Part shown: piece after piece, positions 39,813 to 50,039 of the stretch
Layout: every line of letters starts with the position of its first letter
How positions within the stretch are numbered: the stretch's first letter is position 1
Notes under the pieces: generated by a model
What the model was told of the DNA's origin: nothing
What the model saw: the letters and a program-made list of their open reading frames with translations, nothing else
The model's database searches: none
DNA from: Sulfolobales archaeon
Lineage (GTDB): Archaea > Thermoproteota > Thermoprotei_A > Sulfolobales > NBVN01
DNA: 64,000 bases
NCBI GenBank assembly: GCA_038841535.1
Contig: JAWBTQ010000002.1
Location: 116,433 to 180,432, forward strand
Direction: 5' to 3'
Made by a program: the position numbers and the translations under genes

Positions 39813-40320
39813 CGAGCTTCACCAGAACCTCCTTGCCCTCTGGACTTAGCTCTTTAGATCCGTAAACAACGTCCTCATATAGTTGGACGAAATCCTCGTA
39901 CTCACTTCTGCCGTACCTCGTGAGTAGCTCCCTAGGAGTACATTTCCTACATCCTAAAGCGTCTCTCAGCTTTAGGTAATACTTCCTTAAGACAAGCTTT
40001 ACTCCCGGATATACGTATTCAACAACGTCTCCCATGTGTTGACTCGGCAACCTCTTCGTGAGGATGTAGTGCTTAGCGAACGAAACAATGTCCTTGCCGT
40101 ACCACACAGTAATTAAAAAGAGGACAATCATTATGGCAATTACCGCTGTTGCTAGTAAAGCTAACAAGGCTAGTGGATCAGCCGAAGCTAGTAAATCCTT
40201 AAAGGTAGTAAGCGTAGAGGTTCTATTGTGTACTAAACTGAGGTTGCCTAAGGAAAATTCAGCTTCTATGCCTGACTCTACATTCTGCTGAATCGGAAAA
40301 TACCTAATTACCTCCGACAT
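39799..40320 (-). CDS. DUF4129-like membrane protein
   Basis: TM followed by TPRE...LYEDVVYG. Confidence 0.65.
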   Translation of the reverse strand: MSEVIRYFPIQQNVESGIEAEFSLGNLSLVHNRTSTLTTFKDLLASADPLALLALLATAVIAIMIVLFLITVWYGKDIVSFAKHYILTKRLPSQHMGDVVEYVYPGVKLVLRKYYLKLRDALGCRKCTPRELLTRYGRSEYEDFVQLYEDVVYGSKELSPEGKEVLVKLDVSI

Positions 40321-40843
40321 ATTCCTTCATACCTAGGTACCCGCTGTTTACTACTTTTTCTCTAGTATCTAGGGGCTTCCAGTTAGCCCACAGCCCTCTC
40401 GTTATTTTAGCATAGTCGCGAGTAGCGATCAAAGGTAGAAGCACGGAGACCCCATTTACGGCATGTAAATCGTGCTCTGAGCAGCTTGGAATACTACCCT
40501 CATCGCCGCCCAGAGCCACAGTAAATCCCAAGCCCATCACTCTGAGTAACCAGCAACCCGAAACTTAAAAATCTTTACAAAGCACCTAAGAGGAGGCGTT
40601 GAGACTCTGCCTGGATAACGTGATAATCAAAGTACTCTGGGTCTACTCTGTTAAAGATGCTACTGCCTTGCTTTCCCCACTAAACGCTTTAGAAGTAGCA
40701 TCCAAAAGTAACTGAATCGTCGCTGGAGTCTTCTCAGAGCATAACATTGCTTTCTATACGTATGCTTCGAGCTGATCTCTGTTAACTGAAAACTTTGTTA
40801 AGCCTGCGGCTTCCTAAGTACTGGAATTCACCAAATAAATCGG

Positions 40844-41515
40844 CTAGCGGAAGCCTCCGGCTACTTGCAGTCTGTCAGATACGCGAAAGCCCGTCTTTAT
40901 CGCTAAATCGACAGCTACTTTCAACCTATTGTTTAGTTCCTCGATGCTCGATGCCTGAGGCATTAGAAATACTGAAGATGGGTCGACATCAAATAACTTC
41001 ACGATCTCTTCTATCTCACTCAAGTCTCCGTATTCCTCAATAACAAACTTGAGGTATATCTTAGACTTCATGCTTTTGGGCAAGTCCCTAAACTTAGTGG
41101 AACATCTCCTAAGATCTTCAGGCATACCGGAATTCTCTAGCTTTGGTGACACTATGAGCCTATCAACTACTTCTAACACACCACTTGGATCAATAGTGCA
41201 GTTAGTCTCAACTTCGATTTCTACGTTACTGTTCTCCTTTTTTAGTTTTACCACAAGCTCTCTTACCTCATCTTTTTGTAGGAGAGGTTCTCCACCGGTT
41301 ATAACGACTAGCTTTATTCTGCTGTAAGTTCTTAGGAGGCATAGCACCTCCCTAGTTACTAACTCCACGGGCATGTCCTCGCCAAGAGTCCAAGCGTATT
41401 TAGTGTCACACCATAGGCACCTTAGATTACATTGAGCAAGCCTGAGGAAGACGGCTGGTACACCAAGACTGGGACCTTCGCCTTGGACTGAGACGAAGAC
41501 TTCAGAAACCCTCAT
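40844..41515 (-). CDS. queE: 7-carboxy-7-deazaguanine synthase (radical SAM)
   Basis: EVFVSVQGEG, CNLRCLWCDTKY, TGGEPLL, ETN, VSPKL. Confidence 0.92.
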   Translation of the reverse strand: MRVSEVFVSVQGEGPSLGVPAVFLRLAQCNLRCLWCDTKYAWTLGEDMPVELVTREVLCLLRTYSRIKLVVITGGEPLLQKDEVRELVVKLKKENSNVEIEVETNCTIDPSGVLEVVDRLIVSPKLENSGMPEDLRRCSTKFRDLPKSMKSKIYLKFVIEEYGDLSEIEEIVKLFDVDPSSVFLMPQASSIEELNNRLKVAVDLAIKTGFRVSDRLQVAGGFR

Positions 41516-41901
41516 TCTGATACCTCAACGCAGTATCTTCCCTCATTGCTACACAACTCAACACTGTATACCTGCGCGATATGCTTTTTGGTTTCTAACA
41601 GAATGTAGTGAGCGATGTATTCAGCAGATAGGTCCTCGACTCCGAGCTCCTCGTTGAGATACTTGTGATCGAGGTTTTCAGTAATCTTTTTAACAACAGA
41701 CTCCAACATCTTCAAGTCGACCGCTATGTTCCCCTCACCAAGAGACTCAGAAATAGCGCATACTCTAGTTTTAAAGTCGTGACCGTGAACGAGCCTCCCG
41801 ACACCTTTGTGGGACTTTATCGTGTGAGCCGCACTGAACACTTCCGTAACACATACTCTGTACTTCACGCTATCACCTATGATTCCACGATTATTGTACA
41901 C
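41512..41901 (-). CDS. queD: 6-carboxytetrahydropterin synthase-like protein
   Basis: FSAAH, HGH, LDHKYLNE, SAEYIA; coupled to queE. Confidence 0.8.
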   Translation of the reverse strand: MYNNRGIIGDSVKYRVCVTEVFSAAHTIKSHKGVGRLVHGHDFKTRVCAISESLGEGNIAVDLKMLESVVKKITENLDHKYLNEELGVEDLSAEYIAHYILLETKKHIAQVYSVELCSNEGRYCVEVSE

Positions 41902-41951
41902 CTAATTGAATAAGCTTACAACTTAAGGCTTCACTTTTTGGGATGAGTGGG

Positions 41952-42719
41952 CTAGGTCAAATCCCCGCAAGCACAGAATACTTCGTGAAGCATCTTATAC
42001 AGCTCATCGATTCCATACCCCTCTATTGAAGAAACGGCAATGAGTCTTCCAGCCTTTAGGTACCTCTTCACCAAATCTAATACCTCGGACAGCATCTCCG
42101 ATAAAACGCCGGAACCGCTCCTACTGAGGTTGCTAACAATTTCCTCAACCTCAAGGTGGATGCTATGTGATACTAAACCCCCGGGGGTCCCAGAGGCATC
42201 TGCTTTACTGAGTACTGGCACTATCGGTATTTCGAGCCTCAACTGAGCTACTATACCCAGCAGAACGGAGACCGCAGCTCCCGCCCCGTATCTCCCTAAG
42301 GTCGAGTCAAGCAGGAAAACCCCTACGGGTTCAGATGCTTTTTTCACTACTTGAATAAGCTTTAGTCCAGAAGGTCTGAAGATGACGATCTCCATCTGCC
42401 CTGGAGTGTCAACTAGTATGTAATCTCCCTTAAGAACGCTGAGTGCTTCATATACCTCTCTATAGCTTTCCGCTAGTATGTCAACAGCTCTAACTATAGC
42501 TGCGTTTGGTCCTAGACCTTCTCTTACCATGACGTCTCGCGTTTTAACTATGCTTCTCGCATCAAATGAAGGAGTGTATGGCAAGAACTCAACGGCTGGA
42601 TCAAGGTTTACGTAGTCTACAGTGAACCCCGAGTTCTCGAGCCACTTACCAAAAGCCCACGTTAGTAGTGTTTTTCCGGAGCCAGCGGGACCGAGAAATA
42701 ACACAGATAGCTTCGGCAT
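41952..42719 (-). CDS. GPN-loop GTPase
   Basis: GPAGSGKT, VNLDP, LGPN, DTPGQME, SKAD. Confidence 0.92.
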   Translation of the reverse strand: MPKLSVLFLGPAGSGKTLLTWAFGKWLENSGFTVDYVNLDPAVEFLPYTPSFDARSIVKTRDVMVREGLGPNAAIVRAVDILAESYREVYEALSVLKGDYILVDTPGQMEIVIFRPSGLKLIQVVKKASEPVGVFLLDSTLGRYGAGAAVSVLLGIVAQLRLEIPIVPVLSKADASGTPGGLVSHSIHLEVEEIVSNLSRSGSGVLSEMLSEVLDLVKRYLKAGRLIAVSSIEGYGIDELYKMLHEVFCACGDLT

Positions 42720-42734
42720 GCTGATCTAAGCTGG

Positions 42735-44951
42735 CTAGAACTGAGATATGAAGTCTTCCGGTCTTGGAGGTTCTGGCTGAAGACCCTTTCTAGACCTTAT
42801 GGACTTAACTACGGCCGGTAACAGTTGCTCAGGTACTGATGACCACTTACTGAACTCCGTACCCCAGAAGGCTCTTCCAGCAGTGGCGCTCCTGAGCTCG
42901 CTAGCTAAGTCCATGGACTCAGCGATGGGTAGTTCTGCCATGATTCTAGCGGAAGTCGGTGTAGTGTAGACCACGTCAATAACCTTACCCCGCCTTCTCG
43001 ATACAACGCTAATTACAGAACTTATCAGGTCTGCGGGAACTCTAACGTCAAGTTTTTGAAGAGGTTCTAGCAGTGTTGGTCTAGACATCAGTATGCCAGC
43101 ATATATCGGGTTCCTTGTTGCTGGGTAGAGCTGTGCTGGACCTCGGTGAGCCGGATCTTCGTGTATGACGGCGTCGTGAAGCACCACCTTTATACCTCTA
43201 ACAGGCTCCATAGCCATGGGACCTTCTTTCATCGCCAGCCTGAAGCCCTGTATTATGGTGTCTCTAACCTCCCTTAAGTACTGAACTCCTGCGGTCCTAT
43301 CAACGAAAACGTTTATGTTTTCGTCTATAGCCCAGATCCTCCTCGCTTCATCGTAGTCCCAACCGGCTTGATCCCTCAGTATCTTAGCTCTCTCGCGCGA
43401 GTCCATATCTTCCGTAATGACGCCCTGCTGGATCAGCTTAATGGTCTCCTCGTTCAATGGCTCAACACTTATGTAGAGCTTGTTATGCTTATTGGGGGAC
43501 TTACCCTCAATAACCTGTGACACTTCCCTACACGTCTCTCTGTAGACGACGAGAGGCGGTGATGTATCGACTTCTACCCCGTAGTTCTCCTTAAGGAATG
43601 TGAGGGCTATCTCCAAGTGGAGTGGGCCCATACCTGAAATCAGGTATTCTCCGGTCTCCTCGTTGATCTTAACGAGTATGTTAGGGTCCTCGATACTCAG
43701 CTTCCTCAAAGCTTCTACAAGCTTCGGCAAGTCCGCGGTTTTCTTTGCCTCAATAGCCATAGTGACTACTGGCTCCGAGACGTACCTTAGCCTCTCAAAA
43801 GGTACTACAGAGTCCTTGAAGGCTGTTAGCACAACGGTCTCACCAGACCTCGCCATATCGAGCCCTAGGGTAGCAGCAATGTTTCCGGCAGAAATACTCT
43901 CTACTACCTCTCTTATCGGACCCATGTACAGGCTTACCTGTAGTACTCTCTGCTTGGACTTAGACATGAGGAGCCAGACTTCCTCACCAGCCCTCAGGGT
44001 CCCTGAGAAAACCCTACCCGTTGCCACGAAGCCTGCGTGAGGGTCTAACCTCATGTCGTTGACGAAGTAGACCAGCGGACCAGACGGGTCTGCCCTCATC
44101 ATCGCTTTACCGACGTCGCTATCTAAGTCACCTCTCCATATCTTTGGTATCCTGTAGCTCTGGGCTTCCTTAGGGTTAGGAACGAACTTCACGACTGTGT
44201 CCAGTATAGCCTCGTGTAGAGGAGCAAGTTTAGCGAGTTCTTCAACTCCCTCCTTTCCCTTTTCGTAAGCACCTACAATATCACTAAACTTTATCCCCTT
44301 CTTTTGAGCTATCGGTACTGTTATACCCCACTTGTCTCTAGCAGCACCTAGGATCACAGTCCCCTTCACAGGGTCGAATGCCCACTTCTCTTTAAACTCC
44401 GGCTCAGCGAATTCAGATAGCAGGGAGTTCATAGTCTTAATGATCTCCACAAACCGCTGCTGAACTTCTTGAGCAGTAAACTTTAATTCCTTAATTAACC
44501 TATCAACCTTATTGATGAAGAGTATTGGCCTCACTCGCTCCTCTAGAGCCTGCCTCAGCACAGTCTCAGTCTGAGTCATCACACCTTCAACAGCGTCGAC
44601 AACGACGAGGGCACCATCGAGAACTCTTAAGGACCTTGTTACCTTACCACTGAAGTCGACGTGGCCGGGTGTATCGATGAGGTTTACGACATATGGCTTA
44701 CCGGCGAACTCGTGGTAGAGGCTGATGTTGGCCGCTTTAACAGTAATCCCTCTCTTCTGCTCCACGTCTAGGTAGTCGAGCGCAAGAGCTTCGCCAGCAA
44801 CCTTCATGGATATGATCCCGGAGGCTGCTAATAGGAGGTCCGACGTAGTCGTCTTACCGTGGTCTACGTGAGCTATTATTCCTATGTTCCTGACTTGATC
44901 GATGTTACCCATTATACCCTGTATCTGCTCAACAGTCTTATACCTAGGCAT
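42735..44951 (-). CDS. fusA: Archaeal elongation factor 2
   Basis: [23 protein letters not shown], diphthamide loop [11 protein letters not shown]. Confidence 0.98.
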   Translation of the reverse strand: MPRYKTVEQIQGIMGNIDQVRNIGIIAHVDHGKTTTSDLLLAASGIISMKVAGEALALDYLDVEQKRGITVKAANISLYHEFAGKPYVVNLIDTPGHVDFSGKVTRSLRVLDGALVVVDAVEGVMTQTETVLRQALEERVRPILFINKVDRLIKELKFTAQEVQQRFVEIIKTMNSLLSEFAEPEFKEKWAFDPVKGTVILGAARDKWGITVPIAQKKGIKFSDIVGAYEKGKEGVEELAKLAPLHEAILDTVVKFVPNPKEAQSYRIPKIWRGDLDSDVGKAMMRADPSGPLVYFVNDMRLDPHAGFVATGRVFSGTLRAGEEVWLLMSKSKQRVLQVSLYMGPIREVVESISAGNIAATLGLDMARSGETVVLTAFKDSVVPFERLRYVSEPVVTMAIEAKKTADLPKLVEALRKLSIEDPNILVKINEETGEYLISGMGPLHLEIALTFLKENYGVEVDTSPPLVVYRETCREVSQVIEGKSPNKHNKLYISVEPLNEETIKLIQQGVITEDMDSRERAKILRDQAGWDYDEARRIWAIDENINVFVDRTAGVQYLREVRDTIIQGFRLAMKEGPMAMEPVRGIKVVLHDAVIHEDPAHRGPAQLYPATRNPIYAGILMSRPTLLEPLQKLDVRVPADLISSVISVVSRRRGKVIDVVYTTPTSARIMAELPIAESMDLASELRSATAGRAFWGTEFSKWSSVPEQLLPAVVKSIRSRKGLQPEPPRPEDFISQF

Positions 44952-45218
44952 ACCCTACTCCAACTCAAGAGCTCTACTTATTGCCTTATAAGCTCGAATT
45001 GAATCAAGAAATAAGAAACTAACCGCAATTGATGAAGATCGTAAGGACTACGTTAAACATAGCAAACCTTATTATAATTTTAGGAAGGGTACGGTCTCAT
45101 GACTACATCGCTGGATGATCTACTATTCCCAATTACCGGTTGTTAGGACCTCCAATAGTTGCCCTATCTTAAAACAAAAATGTTTGTAGTATCTTTAAGT
45201 GTTTTTCTTTACGGGTAA

Positions 45219-46670
45219 CTACTCACCGAAGAATCTGTTGAGTGTTTGCTGTGATGGGAGCTTCGTTACCATACATACCGGTATAGTTACGGCAAAGTTA
45301 GCGGCTAACCCCCATATTCCCGAGTGCACTCCGTACGGATCTTTCCACACGAACGAGGTTAAAATCACGACTAAGCAGCCGATCAGTATGCCCGCCATTA
45401 CACCAGCCTTCGTAGCTTTCCGCCAGATGTACCCGAATACTGTACCCGGGAAGAATTGGACTACGAACGAGTATGCTACTAACAGAAGGTATACCAGTAG
45501 GGCTGGAGCATATAGCGCGAGGAGGAGTGACACTATCGTTATAATGAGTGTGAGAGACCTAGCTATCCAAGCAGTAGTCACATCGCTTGCCTTAGGCCAA
45601 AGACCTCTTTGAATCCAGTTTCTCGCTATTATAGCCGCCGATGCTTGGATCAGTCCCCCACCTGTTGAAACAGCTGCTGCTAACCCTCCGGCCCCGACTA
45701 AGCCGACTATCGTTGCTGGGTATATGATTTTTATTGTCTCCATGACGGCCATATCGGCAACTCTGAGACCAGGAACTAGGATTAGAGCAGAGTAACCAGC
45801 TAGGATGATGGGGAAGGCAAGTATAGAGTACCACGGCATTAGAGCGGTGGATCTCATTGGTGCTTCAGGTGATTTAGCTGCGTAAACCCTCATAACGAGG
45901 TGTGGAAACATCCAGAACCCCAATGTCGTCAGGAGAAGGGATGACATGTACCACTGGATTGGGTGTATAGCCTTGGCTCCAGGAGGAACTAGGTGCGACG
46001 GAAACTCACGCGAGATTACGTCAAACAGCTTATCGATTCCACCAACACCGATTATAGGAACACCTAGTACTATGAAGGCGCACACAAACATCAGTATTCC
46101 CTGAAGAACGTTAGTCCACAGAATCCCTCTGGCCCCACCTATGAATATAAACACGGCAGTACACAGAAACGCTATTATGAATGCCGTAGTTCTATCTATC
46201 GCACCGTAGCTAGCAGATTCTACGATTATCCCAACACCAGTGATCTGTAGCTGAATGTAGGGTAAGAGGGCGAGGACCCCGATTATTGCTACTATTACGC
46301 CTAGCAGTCTGCTCTCGTACCTATCTGCGAAATAGTCTGCCTGCGTAATGTAACTGAATCTCTTAGAGTATGTCCAATAGTACCTCGCTAAGAGGAAACC
46401 AGTACAGTATGCTGTCGTGAAGTACGCAGGTGCGTAGTAAATGGAGTATCCGTAGCTAAACGCCCAGCCAGCTAGTCCTAAGAAGGTGAAGGCGCTATAT
46501 ATCTCTGCTGCTAGAGCAAAGTACATCACGATAGCTCTTATCTCTCTTGAGGCCACGGTCCACTCCTCCAAGCTAAACTTCTTTATTATTCCGGCAAGTG
46601 CTGCGACAATAGTGGTAATCGCTAGCCAAGAGAATATTATTATTAAGGCTATGACCTCCATACCGACCAC
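45219..46670 (-). CDS. Sodium:solute symporter family protein
   Basis: AEIYSAFTFLG, DYFADRY, WTNVLQG, AAAVST; about 13 TM. Confidence 0.9.
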   Translation of the reverse strand: MVGMEVIALIIIFSWLAITTIVAALAGIIKKFSLEEWTVASREIRAIVMYFALAAEIYSAFTFLGLAGWAFSYGYSIYYAPAYFTTAYCTGFLLARYYWTYSKRFSYITQADYFADRYESRLLGVIVAIIGVLALLPYIQLQITGVGIIVESASYGAIDRTTAFIIAFLCTAVFIFIGGARGILWTNVLQGILMFVCAFIVLGVPIIGVGGIDKLFDVISREFPSHLVPPGAKAIHPIQWYMSSLLLTTLGFWMFPHLVMRVYAAKSPEAPMRSTALMPWYSILAFPIILAGYSALILVPGLRVADMAVMETIKIIYPATIVGLVGAGGLAAAVSTGGGLIQASAAIIARNWIQRGLWPKASDVTTAWIARSLTLIITIVSLLLALYAPALLVYLLLVAYSFVVQFFPGTVFGYIWRKATKAGVMAGILIGCLVVILTSFVWKDPYGVHSGIWGLAANFAVTIPVCMVTKLPSQQTLNRFFGE

Positions 46671-46901
46671 CTATATCTCTCTCCTCGACCTCATTTCCCT
46701 CACTCTGATAGTGTAGGCAACCGTTAGAATGAGGGGACCTAGCACCATCCATAGAAGGTGCCAGAAGAGGTTAAACGGCATTCCGAGGACGCGGGGCTCT
46801 AAAACGTAGAGAACTACTGGTGCCGATAGTATTAGTACCGCTGGAGGAATAGCTGCGAGAATTACAGCTATTTTCTCCGCAGTAAGCGGCAAGCTTACCA
46901 C
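46671..46901 (-). CDS. Small symporter accessory membrane protein (DUF3311-like)
   Basis: EPRVLGMPFNLFWHLLW; immediately upstream of the symporter; GTG start chosen. Confidence 0.7.
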   Translation of the reverse strand: MVSLPLTAEKIAVILAAIPPAVLILSAPVVLYVLEPRVLGMPFNLFWHLLWMVLGPLILTVAYTIRVREMRSRREI

Positions 46902-46963
46902 CGTATAAAAAGTAATAATAGGTTTAAATACTTTTCTTAGAATAGATAGGCGGTGAAAGGTCT

Positions 46964-48220
46964 TTGGATTATCCACACTTAAGTAGGAAAGAGAGCGAAG
47001 TTTTAAACTTCCTCACCGATCTTAAAGACTACATATCCAATCTGACAACGGAACTCGTTAAGATTCCAACTGTTAACCCTCCCGGAGAGCATTACGAAGA
47101 GTTCGCTGAGTTCTTGGCTAAGGAGCTAGAAGGAATAGGATTCCAAGTCGACTTAATCAGAGTTCCGACGGATGAGCTCGAGAAACACGGCGTCCGACAG
47201 CCACGTGTAGTAGTCGTAGGAACTTTAAGGTTTGCGGAGGTAGCTAAGACTCTAGTGCTTAACGGCCATTACGATGTTGTTCCACCTGGTAGTGGCTGGA
47301 GTACTGACCCGTTTCAGCCCGTAGTGCGTAATGGGAACATCTATGGGCGCGGTGTAGCAGATATGAAGGGAGCGCTAGCATCTATGATAGCTGCTGTTAA
47401 GTCCATAGTTCAGAGCGGAGTCAGCCTCAAAGGAAACATCATATTCATCGCTACTCCGGACGAGGAGACAGGTGGTCATCTGGGAGCAGGCTATTTGGTT
47501 AAGAAAAGACTGGTTCGAGGTGATGCTTGCGTCATAGGAGAACCTACAGAACCTGATAAAGTAGATATAGCCGAGAAAGGGGCTCTATGGGTCGAGCTCA
47601 TTACTTATGGTAGATCAGCTCATGGGAGCATGCCCCACCTTGGTGTTAACGCTGTCGAGAAGATGGCTAAGGTCATAGTGTCTTTGGAGAGTCTAAAGAA
47701 AGCGTTTGCCGAAAGAAGATCTAAGACACCGCTCCCAGAGCATGTGAGGTATGACACAATAAACATCGGTGGCGTAATCCAGGGAGGTACGAAGATAAAT
47801 GTAGTACCTGATAAGTGCTCATGCACTCTAGACATTAGAGTAATACCAGAAGAAACCATCGAAGCTGTCGAGAAAGCTCTAGTAGACTTTCTAGAAGGGT
47901 TGCGGAGAGAGGATCCGGAGCTTAAGCTAGATATGAGGGTTATTGATAGAATAGATCCCGCATACACTAGTGAAACCGAGGAGATCGTTGAAGGCATTAA
48001 AAGCGCTATAAGCGTAGTAGTAGGTCGCAGTGCTCGGCTCGGAGCTCTTCCAGGTTTTACTGACATGAGGTGGTTTAAGGCGTTGATGCCAACTGTACTC
48101 TACGGACCGGGAAGCATCTCCCAAGCCCACGTACCCGACGAACACGTTGCTCTAGAAAACCTACTTACTGCTGCGAAAGTTTACGCCTTAACCTCTATGA
48201 GGTTCTTAGGATACTCTTAA
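46964..48220 (+). CDS. M20 family metallopeptidase/deacylase (ArgE/DapE-like)
   Basis: NGHYDVVP, GRGVADMKG, PDEETGG, GEPT, AHGSMP, AHVPDE. Confidence 0.9.
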   Translation: MDYPHLSRKESEVLNFLTDLKDYISNLTTELVKIPTVNPPGEHYEEFAEFLAKELEGIGFQVDLIRVPTDELEKHGVRQPRVVVVGTLRFAEVAKTLVLNGHYDVVPPGSGWSTDPFQPVVRNGNIYGRGVADMKGALASMIAAVKSIVQSGVSLKGNIIFIATPDEETGGHLGAGYLVKKRLVRGDACVIGEPTEPDKVDIAEKGALWVELITYGRSAHGSMPHLGVNAVEKMAKVIVSLESLKKAFAERRSKTPLPEHVRYDTINIGGVIQGGTKINVVPDKCSCTLDIRVIPEETIEAVEKALVDFLEGLRREDPELKLDMRVIDRIDPAYTSETEEIVEGIKSAISVVVGRSARLGALPGFTDMRWFKALMPTVLYGPGSISQAHVPDEHVALENLLTAAKVYALTSMRFLGYS

Positions 48221-48415
48221 ACACCTATAGCATGGGCTGTAGAGTGAAACTCTATCTACGTATACTTTATGGGTCAGAACTCCCCTTTGTTAGTAACTAC
48301 TGTATATCCAGCGCTCTATTCGGAGGGTAGTTCACTCATTTTTGATATGCCTCTATAATGCTTAAATAACCAGTGACTGTGAAAGCTTATTTTACTGCTT
48401 TCTATACTTAGTGCG

Positions 48416-48652
48416 GTGTATAACTTGCCTCTAAAAGTTAAAGTAAACTGGGACCTCTGCATAGCAGATGGAGTGTGCTATGCCCTCTGCCCTCAGGTAT
48501 TCGAGGCAGGCCCCGACGGGAAAGCTCAGATAGTTAAGGAATTCAGGGGTGGCCAGCCTAACGAGGGGAAGATACCAGACGATCTTAAGGACTGCGCCGA
48601 GCAGTCGAGAGTAGCCTGTCCCGTCGGAGCGATATCGATAGAACCAGAATAG
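48416..48652 (+). CDS. Single-cluster ferredoxin with Asp ligand (CxxDxxC...CP)
   Basis: CIADGVCYALCP...CPVGAI. Confidence 0.9.
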   Translation: MYNLPLKVKVNWDLCIADGVCYALCPQVFEAGPDGKAQIVKEFRGGQPNEGKIPDDLKDCAEQSRVACPVGAISIEPE

Positions 48653-49098
48653 TAGTTCACTGAACCACGAGATTCAATTTTCTTTTTACTTAAGAGCTGG
48701 CCGTAATAGAGGAGGTCTAGTGTTCCCCTAACCTAACGCAGGTTCACGGTTTACTACCTAGCTATCTTCTCAGAAGCTTCTCCTAGATGGGAGCACGGTT
48801 TCTCACTCTCATAGTATGCGAAAGCAGTACTATGCTCGTCGCAAAGAATGCATTTAACGACTTCATCCAACAAGGACTCAGGTGCAACATAAGAAGTCTC
48901 CGTAGGTAAAACCTCCTTCATTTTTGGCAGTGTACCTCGTGTAGATTAAGCATAACCACATAGCTAAATCTGTCTCGACATAGTCTAGTATAGCTGATAC
49001 TTGCGAGACTAGCTCCTACGCAAAACATCAAACTCCCCGTGAACTGAAATAGAAAGCTATTTAGCGTTATGTCTGGAATCGTAGTTACTGAAGATGCC

Positions 49099-49971
49099 TT
49101 ACTTTCTATACTTGCTTAAAGCTCTTGAGATCTTTTCTACCTCATCTTCTCTCAGGGGCCTAAAGAATTCGATTAGAGCAAACTCTTTTCCGTATATAGC
49201 GGATAGAGACCCGTATACCGAGAAGTTTAGCGGCATAGCCTTTAGGTCGACTGCTAAGGTGAGGATCTTTCTGTACAGCTCTAAAGCTCTAGAGTACTCT
49301 CCATTTGTGTAGGCTTTGTAGAGGCTTACGAAGAGGTCTGGGAACACGTTAGCTAGAGCGGATACGTAACCTCTAGCTCCTGCGACTAGGGCTGGTAGAG
49401 TAGTTTCGTCAGCACCATTGAAGACAGTTAGGTCTTCGATTGTTGTTAGGTCTGCTATTTGAAGAACGTTTGCTGCGCTATCCTTTATACCAACTAGGTT
49501 TTTAAGCTCCTTCTTAAGCTTTCTTACTAGTTTCGGGTCGACATTGTAGCCAGTGTTTTGGGGTATGTTATATATAAAGAACGGTAATTCCGTTAGAGAA
49601 GCTATTTTAGTGAAGAACCTAAACGCTCCTTCTTCATCTATTCTAAAGTAGTACATTACGTTAGAGGCGACAGCATCAACACCGCACTTTTCTGAGGTCT
49701 TCACAAGATCCCTAATTTCTTCGAACTCTATAGAAGCTGCGTTAACTATTACGAATGCTGACTTTCTGTTTTCAGCTACATACTTCACGAGCTCGAGCTT
49801 ACTCTTAATTCCCATAGCGTGACCTAGGCCCGTCGTAGAAACAATGAAGAGGCCGTTAATGCCCGACCGAAGGAGCCTATCAAGGTGCTCACCGAGTAAC
49901 GTGAAGTTGATTTCATGACCATTGAACGGAACGGCTAGTGCCGGGACAACCCCGAAAAATCTGTTTGACAT
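49099..49971 (-). CDS. DHDPS/NAL family aldolase (KDG aldolase-like)
   Basis: STTG, IYNIPQNTG, GIKDS Schiff-base Lys. Confidence 0.88.
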   Translation of the reverse strand: MSNRFFGVVPALAVPFNGHEINFTLLGEHLDRLLRSGINGLFIVSTTGLGHAMGIKSKLELVKYVAENRKSAFVIVNAASIEFEEIRDLVKTSEKCGVDAVASNVMYYFRIDEEGAFRFFTKIASLTELPFFIYNIPQNTGYNVDPKLVRKLKKELKNLVGIKDSAANVLQIADLTTIEDLTVFNGADETTLPALVAGARGYVSALANVFPDLFVSLYKAYTNGEYSRALELYRKILTLAVDLKAMPLNFSVYGSLSAIYGKEFALIEFFRPLREDEVEKISRALSKYRK

Positions 49972-50039
49972 ATTTCCACCTATAGCAGATTACACAGTAG
50001 GATTTAAAGGTAATAAAGAAGGTTAACTGGGGTAGTACG

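Noticed and set aside
40304-40800. ORF 40304-40540 and the upstream gap
   Set aside because: No recognisable motif; may be a decayed gene or promoter region, but a call cannot be supported.
45020-45130. TTGATGA/GATGAT words suggesting a C/D box sRNA
   Set aside because: No properly spaced CTGA box D found.
48660-49090. 55-codon minus-strand ORF with CILC (MKEVLPT..VVKCILCDEH..)
   Set aside because: Incomplete Fe-S/Zn motif and no clear promoter; possibly a gene remnant.
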